Translations under genes and position numbers: made by a program
Source: a virus
Length of the DNA: 64,000 nucleotides
Virus record (IMG/VR): IMGVR_UViG_3300032136_000002
Coordinates: 1 to 64,000 of that record
Reading direction: 5' to 3' (one strand)
The notes under the pieces: generated by a model
Databases searched by the model: none
What the model was told of the DNA's origin: nothing
What the model saw: only the letters and a program-made list of their open reading frames with translations
Shown: positions 27,451-36,575 of the stretch, piece after piece
Layout: every line of letters starts with the position of its first letter
Numbering within the stretch: position 1 is the stretch's first letter

Positions 27451-28182
27451 GTGGATCAGATGGGAAGGAGCGGACCTCGGTGGGTATCTTACCTCAGCGC
27501 CGCTGAAAAATTGGGAATCACCTTGTCTGAAGTGGAGGCTCTCGTACAAAGTCACCTTGTCAGGAGCCTCGATGACGGAGAGGCCAAATTCGTTGCTGAA
27601 AGCGACCTGGACGAGCTCTCCAGTCTGAAAGAACTTCCCCCAGTTGATACCGCCCGTCTGGCCCGAAACCAGGCGCTGATTGATCAGCGAGTTCACCGAC
27701 TCGAAGAGGCGGTGAACCTCCTGTTCGAGGCCAACCAATTCACCTCGTTCAACATGGGCTACCTTGACGACCAGACCTTGATCGAGCTCTACGGCAACAT
27801 CCTACAGATGCTCGAGCAGCCTGAGTGGCCCTTGCCCCGCCTCCTCAACTGCGCCGAGGTCTACCACAAGCTGACCGAAGTAGAGGTCGAACGACTGATT
27901 GAGCTGTCAGGCCAAGAGCACCCCTGGCGCCCCTTCCTCGAGCTCTGCGTCAAGCAGCTGGTTTGGCTGGCCAAACAGCCTTCACTGCTCGAACAATACG
28001 AATGGGCCCGCGCACGAGACCTCATCCACCACGGCCTTGGCCAACTCCGCCGACTCACCATTGCGTACTGCTCGCTCAAGGGCGACCCCTCTCCCCTCGT
28101 CGCCCTCGCTGCTCAGGCATGTCGAGAAGACACGGATTTGATCGACATTTTGGTGTGTAAAAACTACTCAAAAACACCGTAA
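27451..28182 (+). CDS. HTH (excisionase/MerR-like) DNA-binding protein
   Basis: YLSAAEKLGITLSEVEALVQSHLV HTH followed by a coiled coil. Confidence 0.65.
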   Translation: MDQMGRSGPRWVSYLSAAEKLGITLSEVEALVQSHLVRSLDDGEAKFVAESDLDELSSLKELPPVDTARLARNQALIDQRVHRLEEAVNLLFEANQFTSFNMGYLDDQTLIELYGNILQMLEQPEWPLPRLLNCAEVYHKLTEVEVERLIELSGQEHPWRPFLELCVKQLVWLAKQPSLLEQYEWARARDLIHHGLGQLRRLTIAYCSLKGDPSPLVALAAQACREDTDLIDILVCKNYSKTP

Positions 28183-28214
28183 TTAGAACACGCGTAAACA
28201 CCCATAAAAACCCG

Positions 28215-28297
28215 CAAAAATCAAGACTTTATAGGTATAAGTATATTGTAACCATTTTCCACCCCCAAACATAACTTGTGGGGTAAAGGAGATTCTC
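28215..28297 (+). promoter_or_regulatory. phage-specific promoter/leader (GGTATAAGtATATtGTAACC + hairpin + AAAGGAG)
   Basis: Closely similar to 7691-7770. Confidence 0.6.
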
Positions 28298-28822
28298 ATG
28301 ACAAAGAAAGACCAAGGAATGTCGGCCTGGGATTACATCGGCACCGGACTCGGGGGCGCTGTCCTCGGCGCCGTCGGCGCCGGAATTGGCGGAGCCATCG
28401 GCGGTGAGATGGTTGCAGCGGAAGCCGCAGCCGCCAAAGCTGCTGTGGATGCCTGTGTCCTCACCCAACAGGGCGTGGCCATTGGCGCCACCGTTGGCGG
28501 CGGTGTCGGGGGTGCACTGGGCGCCATGGGTGCCAGCTGGTGGAACTACCCCGATTTGGATGCCTCCCTGGGCGCACCCGCTCAGCAGCAAGCTCCCGCA
28601 CCCCCGGCCGCACTGCCCAGCCTAAAAGAGATCAGGGAACAGAGCGCCGTCGACCGCGCCAAGCTGGAGGCCCGAGTGGCCTACCACAAAGCGCTCGAGG
28701 GGGCGTTGCCCGCCCAAGGGGGCGGTAAGGGAGTCGAAGTCATCATGAACTCAGTCCGAGCTTTGCTGGAGGCCGGGAAGGTCGCCGAGGCGCAACTCTT
28801 ACTGGCGCAACTGACCAAGTAA
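28298..28822 (+). CDS. glycine-zipper membrane protein
   Basis: Two GxxxG-rich hydrophobic segments; strong RBS; own promoter and terminator. Confidence 0.7.
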   Translation: MTKKDQGMSAWDYIGTGLGGAVLGAVGAGIGGAIGGEMVAAEAAAAKAAVDACVLTQQGVAIGATVGGGVGGALGAMGASWWNYPDLDASLGAPAQQQAPAPPAALPSLKEIREQSAVDRAKLEARVAYHKALEGALPAQGGGKGVEVIMNSVRALLEAGKVAEAQLLLAQLTK

Positions 28823-28856
28823 GAGTTCAACCGGGTGACGCCCCGACAACGTCACT

Positions 28857-28895
28857 GGAAACCCACCCCATCACGTGAGTGGTGGGTTTCCTTTT
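28857..28895 (+). terminator. intrinsic terminator between convergent genes
   Basis: GGAAACCCACC/GGTGGGTTTCC stem followed by TTTT. Confidence 0.75.
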
Positions 28896-30699
28896 AGTTT
28901 CCTACCATATCGTACTCAATCGGGATGATGATGTCCGGCCGTGGGTGAGTAATCATCGAAGCGAGCAAGCAGCTCAGGATGGAATGAAAGGTGTCATCGG
29001 GTTTGCCTGGCGTCCGCTGGAACTGATCCATGTTCATCGACGTCGAGTACTCTTTGAAGATGTTGAGGACGTCCTCGCCGAAGGGCTCTTCAAACTCCTC
29101 CCACTTGGGCAGCCTGATGACACGGCCTGTCTGTTTGAGGGCGTTGAACAGGTCCTGCATAACCTCGGTGCGGAAGACGGTGAAGCGGCCCAGGCCAGGC
29201 TCCCACTTGATCTTCTTTTTTTGCCTCCACACGTACTGGTACTTCTTCACCCGGTCCTTGCCATATCTCCGAGCAAGGGTGTCGTTGCGGTCAAAGCCCC
29301 CGCCGTAGTCAGCTCCGATGATGGAGACCTGGTGGTCGTCGAGGAACTTCATCAGCATGGCCATCATCGTCGTCGGGTCGGCTTCAGTCCCCTCGAAGCG
29401 GTAGCAGAAGAAGATGGTGAAGACCCCTTGCAGGTAGGCCCCCAGGCTGAGCACGGTGTGGCTCGACCCCTCACTGGTACCCCAGTCGATGCCAGCTGAT
29501 ACGCCTGAGTAGTCACCGCTACGGCTGTGCTTCAGGCTGTCGGCCATGCTGATGTGGTCGGCGCAGGTGGCTATGAGCTGAGCCCTCGTGATGGGCCTCT
29601 CACCGGCGTCCGCCGACAGAGCCAGGACCTCGTTGTAGTAGGCCGTCTTCGAGTAGCTCTGCAGGGGGAACAGAATCTTCTCTCGCCACTCCTCCTCGTT
29701 CTGCACAACCCAAGGCACCATGAGCTGACAGATGCGGTACCCGTCATAGGTCACCCGGTCTTGGTTGGCCTCGGTGCGAGGTTGGAACGAGACCCACTGG
29801 GCGTTGGGGTGCATCGGGTTGATGTAGCCCCCGCACTTGTCGCAGATGGGCCCCTTCTTCCCGATGTTCTTCATCCCCAGCGTGTTCCAGTGCCAGGGGC
29901 TGTGCTTCTCACAGGGGATGGCCCACTCGTTCTGCGTCGAGTAGCGGTTCCAGTAGACCGCCATTGTGTTGTCAACAGACTTCGGCGTACCGCTGAGCCG
30001 CTCCAACCTCCAGGGGCTATGACTCGAGCACTGAGCAATGACGGGGATGTTGTCGACGAGGATGTCTTGGAGCTCGTCGAGCAGGTTCAGGTCGCTTGAG
30101 ATACCTCGGACCCGGTCAGCATTGTGGAAGGCGTAGCGGATGCGGATTTGGCTGTGGTTGCGGAACTGCTTGAAGAAGACGTTCTGGCTGAGTCGGCTTG
30201 ATACCAGAGTCGAAATGATCTCACTCATTTCCATCGGCTCTCGAATCCGGTCGGTGGAAAAGACGATGGCCTGCTGTGTGGACGAGGTGACGTACAGAGT
30301 CTTGAAGCCCACGATCAGGCTGGCGTAGGTCAGCGCTGTGTTGCCCAGGTACGTGCTCTTCTCACTCTGCCGGCTGAAGCAGAGCAACACCCTTCGGTGT
30401 TTGGCGTCATAGGGCTCCTTCAGGTAGCGCCGGCCCTTGAAGGAGAAGTTCCGCATCTCCCCCTCGATGGGCATCCTGATGGCGAAGGGAACGAACTCCG
30501 AGGGGAGGATGGTATGGCGGTCAATCTGAGGCCTCTCGTACTCCAGGTCCCCGTAGGCCGCCTCCTCACACTCGATGTCGAGCTCCTTGTCCGCCCGCTC
30601 TTCAGCGTCGAGGAGCTCCTCGATCTCGCGGTCAGTCCACACCCCGGCCCGCAGCTTTTCGGCGGAGATCCGCGGCGTGTGGACAGCTGGAAAGTCCAT
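28894..30699 (-). CDS. terminase large subunit (GpA-like)
   Basis: Walker A variant SRQSEKST, Walker B LLDE, SGTP, nuclease motifs GIDWG and PDDTFHS. Confidence 0.9.
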   Translation of the reverse strand: MDFPAVHTPRISAEKLRAGVWTDREIEELLDAEERADKELDIECEEAAYGDLEYERPQIDRHTILPSEFVPFAIRMPIEGEMRNFSFKGRRYLKEPYDAKHRRVLLCFSRQSEKSTYLGNTALTYASLIVGFKTLYVTSSTQQAIVFSTDRIREPMEMSEIISTLVSSRLSQNVFFKQFRNHSQIRIRYAFHNADRVRGISSDLNLLDELQDILVDNIPVIAQCSSHSPWRLERLSGTPKSVDNTMAVYWNRYSTQNEWAIPCEKHSPWHWNTLGMKNIGKKGPICDKCGGYINPMHPNAQWVSFQPRTEANQDRVTYDGYRICQLMVPWVVQNEEEWREKILFPLQSYSKTAYYNEVLALSADAGERPITRAQLIATCADHISMADSLKHSRSGDYSGVSAGIDWGTSEGSSHTVLSLGAYLQGVFTIFFCYRFEGTEADPTTMMAMLMKFLDDHQVSIIGADYGGGFDRNDTLARRYGKDRVKKYQYVWRQKKKIKWEPGLGRFTVFRTEVMQDLFNALKQTGRVIRLPKWEEFEEPFGEDVLNIFKEYSTSMNMDQFQRTPGKPDDTFHSILSCLLASMITHPRPDIIIPIEYDMVGN

Positions 30700-30725
30700 T
30701 TTTTATCCTGCCTCTTTGGAGGCCG

Positions 30726-31052
30726 ATGATGACGGATGTGCGAAAATGGCTCAAGACGCTGCTCCCGCTACTGGCCGACCTGCTCGACGCCAAGGTCAAG
30801 ACCGAAGAGGAGAAGCTCGCTGAAGACCCCAAGCCAGGCAGCGTGCACTTCCTCTGCTACATCCTCCAACCCAAGGTAGAGGGCAAGGTGCGGCACCAGG
30901 ACTTCATGAACCGCGACCTGGGCAAAACGCTCTACACCACCATCCAGACCGAAGCCTGGCACTCAGGCATCCCACTACGCTACGTCACGATTGATTACGA
31001 CCCCAAAAGGATGGAGATTCGACTGAGTTTGTCTGTCGACTGTCAACGATAG
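30726..31052 (+). CDS. hypothetical protein
   Basis: RBS GGAGG; high GC3. Confidence 0.55.
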   Translation: MMTDVRKWLKTLLPLLADLLDAKVKTEEEKLAEDPKPGSVHFLCYILQPKVEGKVRHQDFMNRDLGKTLYTTIQTEAWHSGIPLRYVTIDYDPKRMEIRLSLSVDCQR

Positions 31053-31215
31053 CCTCGAAGCGGCCAAGCGTGTGAAGCAGCGCCGTCTTCACCTCGTCTT
31101 GCTCAAAAGGCAGACGGCAATACCCCTCCTTGATCATGTCGATGACAGCGTCGGTAGGCATTTGTTCAGCAGCTTCAACCACCTCTTGGCAAATCGACAC
31201 CTGAAGCTCATTCAC
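30985..31215 (-). CDS. hypothetical protein
   Basis: GTGA overlap with the upstream gene. Confidence 0.45.
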   Translation of the reverse strand: MNELQVSICQEVVEAAEQMPTDAVIDMIKEGYCRLPFEQDEVKTALLHTLGRFEAIVDSRQTNSVESPSFWGRNQS

Positions 31216-31592
31216 GCCAACCCCTCCCGGAGCAGAGTAAGCACTTGCTCCTCCCCCCAGTCTTGTGGCCGACCCTTTTGGAACACACGGACGCAGTAGC
31301 TCCGTAGCTCCTCAATCCATTCTACCTTGACCTCTTTGGCCCCCGGCCAACCGCCGTAGACCACCCTCTGCAATTTTTGCCCGAAGTTGAGAGGGAAGGG
31401 ACCACTCGGGCAAAACGCATGCAGCACAAAGTGCGTGGGCCGGAAAGTGAACTCAAGCTCGATGCGCCCCAGTTTCAGCTCAGTGAACTCCACCGACTGT
31501 ACCGACAGCGCCCCTTTAGGGATACCCGCCTTCTCCCTTTGCTCTTCGTTCACCAAGTTTTGCAGCGACCGCGGTACAGGTAGTGACATCAC
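31212..31592 (-). CDS. hypothetical protein
   Basis: RBS AAGGAG; coupled to neighbours. Confidence 0.55.
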   Translation of the reverse strand: MMSLPVPRSLQNLVNEEQREKAGIPKGALSVQSVEFTELKLGRIELEFTFRPTHFVLHAFCPSGPFPLNFGQKLQRVVYGGWPGAKEVKVEWIEELRSYCVRVFQKGRPQDWGEEQVLTLLREGLA

Positions 31593-32455
31593 GACTCCTT
31601 CGCTTCGAGTTGGACCTTTTCGTCTGGGGCAGAGATGGTACCACCAAGCGAATCCACTGTGGTGGCCTGGTGACTCCGTGTCTGTAGCTGGAATGCACGG
31701 AATGAATCCAGCACGTCAGTCATCGCCGTAGCTGACGCCGTCGCCTCCTCCTGCGCCATCTTGGCCGACAAGACGTAGTTGCGGAAAGCTGTGGAATGGT
31801 CTTTGCTCGCCGGCTCGTGCTCGAGCTCGAGGGCCTTGAAGTACGCGATGTCTCTCAAATGGGTGAAGAGCTTGTTCGCGTCAATGTGCCGTGCGGTCCC
31901 CACCCCCGTTTTCCAGAGGAGCAAGTGGACACCACTGGGCCCCTGGGCTTTGACCGCCAGCTGCAGCCAGTCCTGGTGCGCCACCCGGCGCCGGCGGATG
32001 AACTCGCCCCACTCTTTGCCGTTGAGAAGCGAGCTGTTCCAGAAGTAGTGCTGAAAAAGTTGGTAGGCCTCTAAGCTGACTCCGTGATTCACCTCACGGT
32101 TGATCCGAGTCACCGCCTGCTCGGGGGTGAGCGGAGACAAGATGAAAGTCTCAACCAAAGCTCGCCGCCTGGGCTCGCCGAGCAGCTCAATCGCCTCCTT
32201 CATCGACGGCGTGCGCACCCACGCATCGTAGATGCCCTGCCGGCGGACGTAGACCACGCTTGGCCGATGGGCGAGGTTGTTTCCCCGGAACGGGACGGGC
32301 ATGTCTGCCATGACCTGCCCGCGAACAGTGGTGAGGTAGGAGTTCTCAACCGGCCCGAGGTTGGCCATCTCGCACATGGCTTTGACCTCGTCAAAGGTGT
32401 GCTCGCACCGGGAGAGCAGGAACTTGATCCAGTAAAGAGACGGGTGTTCAGACAT
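31589..32455 (-). CDS. hypothetical protein (possible terminase small subunit or packaging factor)
   Basis: Helical; upstream of the terminase; TAATG coupling. Confidence 0.5.
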   Translation of the reverse strand: MSEHPSLYWIKFLLSRCEHTFDEVKAMCEMANLGPVENSYLTTVRGQVMADMPVPFRGNNLAHRPSVVYVRRQGIYDAWVRTPSMKEAIELLGEPRRRALVETFILSPLTPEQAVTRINREVNHGVSLEAYQLFQHYFWNSSLLNGKEWGEFIRRRRVAHQDWLQLAVKAQGPSGVHLLLWKTGVGTARHIDANKLFTHLRDIAYFKALELEHEPASKDHSTAFRNYVLSAKMAQEEATASATAMTDVLDSFRAFQLQTRSHQATTVDSLGGTISAPDEKVQLEAKES

Positions 32456-34455
32456 TAAGCTTGGATTTGACTCCTGAAGGCGAGCTCGCGCAAGGCGACG
32501 ATAACCTCTTCGATTCGCTTGACCGCATTGGCCACCGACATTTCAGGAATGTCGGGGAGGCCCAGGCGCGCAGCGATGAGCGTATGAGACAGCTTCTGCA
32601 CCGTCTCTTCCAGCTCAGGCAGGTACTCGACGAAGGTGGTGAAGTTCTCAGGGGTCATGAATCCCAAAGAGAGCACCTTGTCTACGGCCAGTGGGTCGTT
32701 GAGGTCTGCCGCCTCTTTGAGGAGGAGCTCCTTTTTGGGCAGGGCAGAGGCGAGCTTGACTGCGTGGTCTCGCGCCTCTTTGTAATGGCTCGACGGCATC
32801 TGGATGAACCGGCAGTGGTTGACTGTGGTGTAGCGGCCCAACGATGCACGCTTGAGCTTGGCCGAGGCCAACTTCTCTGGCATGCCCAATGCGCCGGCCA
32901 TCAAGAGCGCGTCAGGGCGCTCGATCATTGTCCGATGTGCGTGCGGCACCTCGGCCACGGCCGGCCCCTGGAAGCTCCACGTCGCCCCGTCACCCAGGAT
33001 GCGGACTGAACCATCCTTCTCGAGGTCACCTGGCTTGACGAACTGATTCGGGTCCTCGGTCAACGCCAGGGCTGAGCCCTCGAGCGGGCAGAAGCGGACA
33101 GACTCAGGCAGGCCGTACTCAGCCGGCCCCAAAGGCGCGGGCTGTTTGAGCCCAGGCACCAAGCGCAGAGTGACGGACTCGCCCATGATGGTCTCGAACC
33201 GTGTGGCCGGCCCTTGCTGGTCAGAGAAAGCGGCCTTGACTGTCCCCGGGGGGAAGGCCTGAACGCTGCCGGCCTCGGTCACCCGGTAGAAGAACCCGTC
33301 CCCTTCAAGCAGGTCCTGGCTGGGCAGGTCAGGCGTCTTGCTCTGAAGCACACCGGCGATGTCGCCTTGTACGGCTGAGGCAGACCCGCTGGTGAAGATA
33401 CGCAAGGGGAGCGATACCCCCTCGAAGTCCGTCACGGGGAAGACCCATCCCAGGTGCTCTCGGCCCATCGAGTCCAGGACCTTGTATTGCCCGAACTCGT
33501 TGATGACCTCTGCTGGGAGACTCTTGTCGGCGATGTCATTCTGCTCAACAGGGTCAGTCGTGACGAGGGCTGACTCTTGCGTGTCCGCCCGCTTGACCAG
33601 CTCTTCACCTACGAGCTGAGCCATCTTGATGCGGTCGGCATACAGCTCTTTCGGGTGGAAGAACCGGCTGTTAGCCGTCTTGAGCAAGTAGGTGTCACCT
33701 TGCCGAGTCAAGAGCACTGTGTCGGGTCTCACCCCTTCGGCCGCCGTCTTGAGTATCTCCTCGGGCAACGTCGGCTCCGCCCCGGCAATGAGCTGTACCA
33801 GCTCAGCGTGTTTGCTGATGAGCTGGCAGGCCGTCACCTGGTCCCGGTTGAGCTCGAGCTGCATCCGATCCTTGTCCTCTTGAGTCATGGTTGGCACGAG
33901 AGCTGAGAGCAGCATCCGGTCGTGACCGAGCTTCATCCCATCAGAGGAGACAGCCCCACGGCCCAGGACCTGATTCTCCGCTCGGTCGGGGGGGAGAAGA
34001 TGAGGCGACAGGAGCGCGTTCTCCGCCGGCGGGTTGCCCGGGGAGTCGAACACGTTGGGCCGGAAGAGAGCCTCGCGTACCCGACGGTCGGTCAGCGGCA
34101 TCGGTCGGCCCCGGCCGTCGATGAAGACGTCGAGGCTCTTGAGCCGCCCGTCTCTGATGATGACGGGAATCTTAATGCGGGCTGACCCTTCAATCTCGGC
34201 CATCGTGCGCCCAGCGGGCGTGTTGAGCCGTTCCGTCTTGGTCCGAACCAGGATGAACCCCAGCCCGTAGGCCCGCTCCCCGTCGACCTGGCGCATGACC
34301 ACCGATGAATCATGGTTACCCAGGAAGGCGTGCTGCTTGTGGGCCTCTTGGAGAATCTCCTCTACCCAGGAGTCCGGGTTGTCAGAAAGCTTCGCCTCCA
34401 TGGCCAGCTTGGTGTGCTCCGTCTCTCGTCGCGTTACAAAGAGCGGCTCAATCAT
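32455..34455 (-). CDS. K-x-A motif head/internal structural protein (666 aa)
   Basis: About 8 KxA motifs; IPVIIRDGRLKSLDVF. Confidence 0.6.
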   Translation of the reverse strand: MIEPLFVTRRETEHTKLAMEAKLSDNPDSWVEEILQEAHKQHAFLGNHDSSVVMRQVDGERAYGLGFILVRTKTERLNTPAGRTMAEIEGSARIKIPVIIRDGRLKSLDVFIDGRGRPMPLTDRRVREALFRPNVFDSPGNPPAENALLSPHLLPPDRAENQVLGRGAVSSDGMKLGHDRMLLSALVPTMTQEDKDRMQLELNRDQVTACQLISKHAELVQLIAGAEPTLPEEILKTAAEGVRPDTVLLTRQGDTYLLKTANSRFFHPKELYADRIKMAQLVGEELVKRADTQESALVTTDPVEQNDIADKSLPAEVINEFGQYKVLDSMGREHLGWVFPVTDFEGVSLPLRIFTSGSASAVQGDIAGVLQSKTPDLPSQDLLEGDGFFYRVTEAGSVQAFPPGTVKAAFSDQQGPATRFETIMGESVTLRLVPGLKQPAPLGPAEYGLPESVRFCPLEGSALALTEDPNQFVKPGDLEKDGSVRILGDGATWSFQGPAVAEVPHAHRTMIERPDALLMAGALGMPEKLASAKLKRASLGRYTTVNHCRFIQMPSSHYKEARDHAVKLASALPKKELLLKEAADLNDPLAVDKVLSLGFMTPENFTTFVEYLPELEETVQKLSHTLIAARLGLPDIPEMSVANAVKRIEEVIVALRELAFRSQIQA

Positions 34456-34718
34456 GAGATTTTTCCTCCGGTTATGACTCCCTGTTGCTGAAGCATCGCG
34501 ACGATGGCACGGCCAATGGCCAACATCTCGGGGCGTGCTTTCTTCGGGTCGATCTCCATCGGGCCGATTTGATCGGTGATGGTGTAACGAGTCTCACCCG
34601 ACGCCGCTGTTGTCTCTTCCACGTTGCGCCGTTTGACTACAGGTGGCGCTGCAGCGAGTTCCTCTTGCAGATATTTGACTGCCAACGTGGCAAAGTCTTC
34701 CGCGCTGAGCGCCATCAC
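34452..34718 (-). CDS. hypothetical protein
   Basis: Coupled to the spike gene. Confidence 0.5.
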   Translation of the reverse strand: MMALSAEDFATLAVKYLQEELAAAPPVVKRRNVEETTAASGETRYTITDQIGPMEIDPKKARPEMLAIGRAIVAMLQQQGVITGGKIS

Positions 34719-35863
34719 TCACCTCTCACCTTGCGAGCCTGGTACATGTTGGGGGCCATCGACGGCGTCGGCGGGCCTGTCTGCGGCCCTATCACCTGAT
34801 GGGTGTGGGCGGCTAGGAAGGAGATGAGCGCAGGCGTGGCCAACACCACGCTGAACGCTGCGCTTTGACTGCCCAGAAGAATGGAGTTGCTCTGAATCAC
34901 CTTCTGCCCGTTGATGCGCTCCGTACTCGAGGCGGCTTCGAGCTCGTGACGCCCTGACACGTTGGTCGACAGGTTGGCCCCGCAAGTGACCTCGACGTCC
35001 CCCGTGCTGCCCAGAGTCGCGCTGCCTTCAATCTGGCCTTCCAGGTCACCACCGACGGTCAAGTTCACGTTCTTGGCCACGTCAAGGGTGACTGAACCTT
35101 CTTGGTCAATGGACAAATGATAGACTGCTTCGCCCTCAAGATCACCGGTGACCGCATTCAGCGCCTGTGGGGCAACCACGAGCTCGAAGCGCTTGTCGTC
35201 GTCTACCCGGCCAAGCTTCACCGCTACCGTGGCCTGCTCGTGCTCAGCCGCCTCCTTACCTACAACAGCCAAGGTCGCGTGAGACTCTCCACTAGCGTTC
35301 TCATCTGCCCGAGAGACAAGCCAGGTGAGCTGGCCGCCCTGAGTCCAAAGCGCGTAGTTCTCACACACGTCCCGCAGGTAGTTGAGCAGGGGAATGTAGA
35401 AGCGCCGACAGGCCGCCGTGGCTCCTATCTCGAGCACCCCGCCGCGGTGGAGGTAGAGCTCGTTCCCGTCCCTGCCCCGAATCTGAATGTCACCTTCTTG
35501 CATGAAGGGGCGGCCGGCCTGGTAGGTGACCTCTGTGTCCCCCTGGTCCGCCGCCTGGTCCCCGTCCTCTTCCGCAGGGATGCGCTCGAAGGGGGTGACG
35601 AAGCAGAGGATGAAGGGGTCAGCGTCGCTGGGCCGACAGACCTTCACCTTAGCCCCCACCTCAGGCATGGAGTTGAACCCCTCGCCGCGGCTAAAGTGGA
35701 AGTACGGGGACCCCCAGGTGAGGTCGAGGAAGGTTCGCTGACTCACCAGAGTACGCACGTCGCAGGTGAAACGGCGGGTATTCACATTGACAATCCGCCC
35801 CTCCTCAACGCGTACGTGGTTGAGCCCGCGCTCAATCGTGCTCTCACGAAACGGCCTGGTCAT
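34715..35863 (-). CDS. baseplate central spike protein (gp5/gpV-like)
   Basis: OB-fold PEVGAKVKV, beta-helix repeats, C-terminal AHTH...TGPP metal-binding apex. Confidence 0.75.
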   Translation of the reverse strand: MTRPFRESTIERGLNHVRVEEGRIVNVNTRRFTCDVRTLVSQRTFLDLTWGSPYFHFSRGEGFNSMPEVGAKVKVCRPSDADPFILCFVTPFERIPAEEDGDQAADQGDTEVTYQAGRPFMQEGDIQIRGRDGNELYLHRGGVLEIGATAACRRFYIPLLNYLRDVCENYALWTQGGQLTWLVSRADENASGESHATLAVVGKEAAEHEQATVAVKLGRVDDDKRFELVVAPQALNAVTGDLEGEAVYHLSIDQEGSVTLDVAKNVNLTVGGDLEGQIEGSATLGSTGDVEVTCGANLSTNVSGRHELEAASSTERINGQKVIQSNSILLGSQSAAFSVVLATPALISFLAAHTHQVIGPQTGPPTPSMAPNMYQARKVRGE

Positions 35864-35866
35864 CGA

Positions 35867-36565
35867 TTAGTACCGAGGGTATCCCGCTTGCCGCTGACCC
35901 ATAGCGCGCCCGCCGGCAAAGCCTGCAGCTGCAGGTACGGCCAAAGCAGTTCCACCCGCCAACGCGCCAACACGCCCCATGTGAGTCCCCATGACTCCGC
36001 GGACGCCACCAGCGCGGTACGCTTCACCCATTTGCTTGATGCCTCCAGACAGCCCCATCTGCCGCCACCCGCGAACACCCTTAGCCAGAGACGACGCGGC
36101 GGCTTGTGTCCCGCCGGCAATGCCCCGACCTATGTCCGCCGCACCGCGCCCCATGCTCCGTACCCCACCAACAACTCCTCCTTGAGCAGCGGCCGGCGCT
36201 GCTGCTGCTGCAGCCGCTGGAGCAGCACGAGGCACCGGAGGTGGCGTTGCTGCCCGTCGAGGTACCGGAGGTGGCGTTGCTGCCCGTCGAGGTACCGGAG
36301 GTGGCGTTGCTGCCCGTCGAGGTACCGGAGGAGGCGTTGCTACGCGCCCAGCGTGTGCCGGAGCCGCCGCAGTGGGAACTGTCGGCCGCGGTGCAGGGGG
36401 ACCCGTCAACTTAGCTTTCGGAGCACGCGTTGCTGACCTTTTCACCGCTTGCGTTAACGTTCGGCCAACTGCCCCCGAAAAAGCCTCTTTGACCAGTTCC
36501 TCACGCAGGAGGTCGCCAATCTCACCAAAAGCTGAACTGAAGAAGACCTCTTGATCGATATGCAT
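35867..36565 (-). CDS. K-x-A motif internal protein with Pro-rich tandem repeat
   Basis: F...EELVKEA N-terminus; (RRAATPPPVP)n; RBS GAGAGGGG. Confidence 0.65.
   Translation of the reverse strand: MHIDQEVFFSSAFGEIGDLLREELVKEAFSGAVGRTLTQAVKRSATRAPKAKLTGPPAPRPTVPTAAAPAHAGRVATPPPVPRRAATPPPVPRRAATPPPVPRRAATPPPVPRAAPAAAAAAAPAAAQGGVVGGVRSMGRGAADIGRGIAGGTQAAASSLAKGVRGWRQMGLSGGIKQMGEAYRAGGVRGVMGTHMGRVGALAGGTALAVPAAAGFAGGRAMGQRQAGYPRY
36228..36341. repeat. 30-bp coding tandem repeat, about 3.8 copies
   Basis: Unit CGAGGTACCGGAGGTGGCGTTGCTGCCCGT. Confidence 0.9.
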
Positions 36566-36575
36566 GTCGCCCCTC

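Noticed and set aside
36228-36341. Possible CRISPR array
   Set aside because: Head-to-tail repeats with no spacers, in frame within a CDS.
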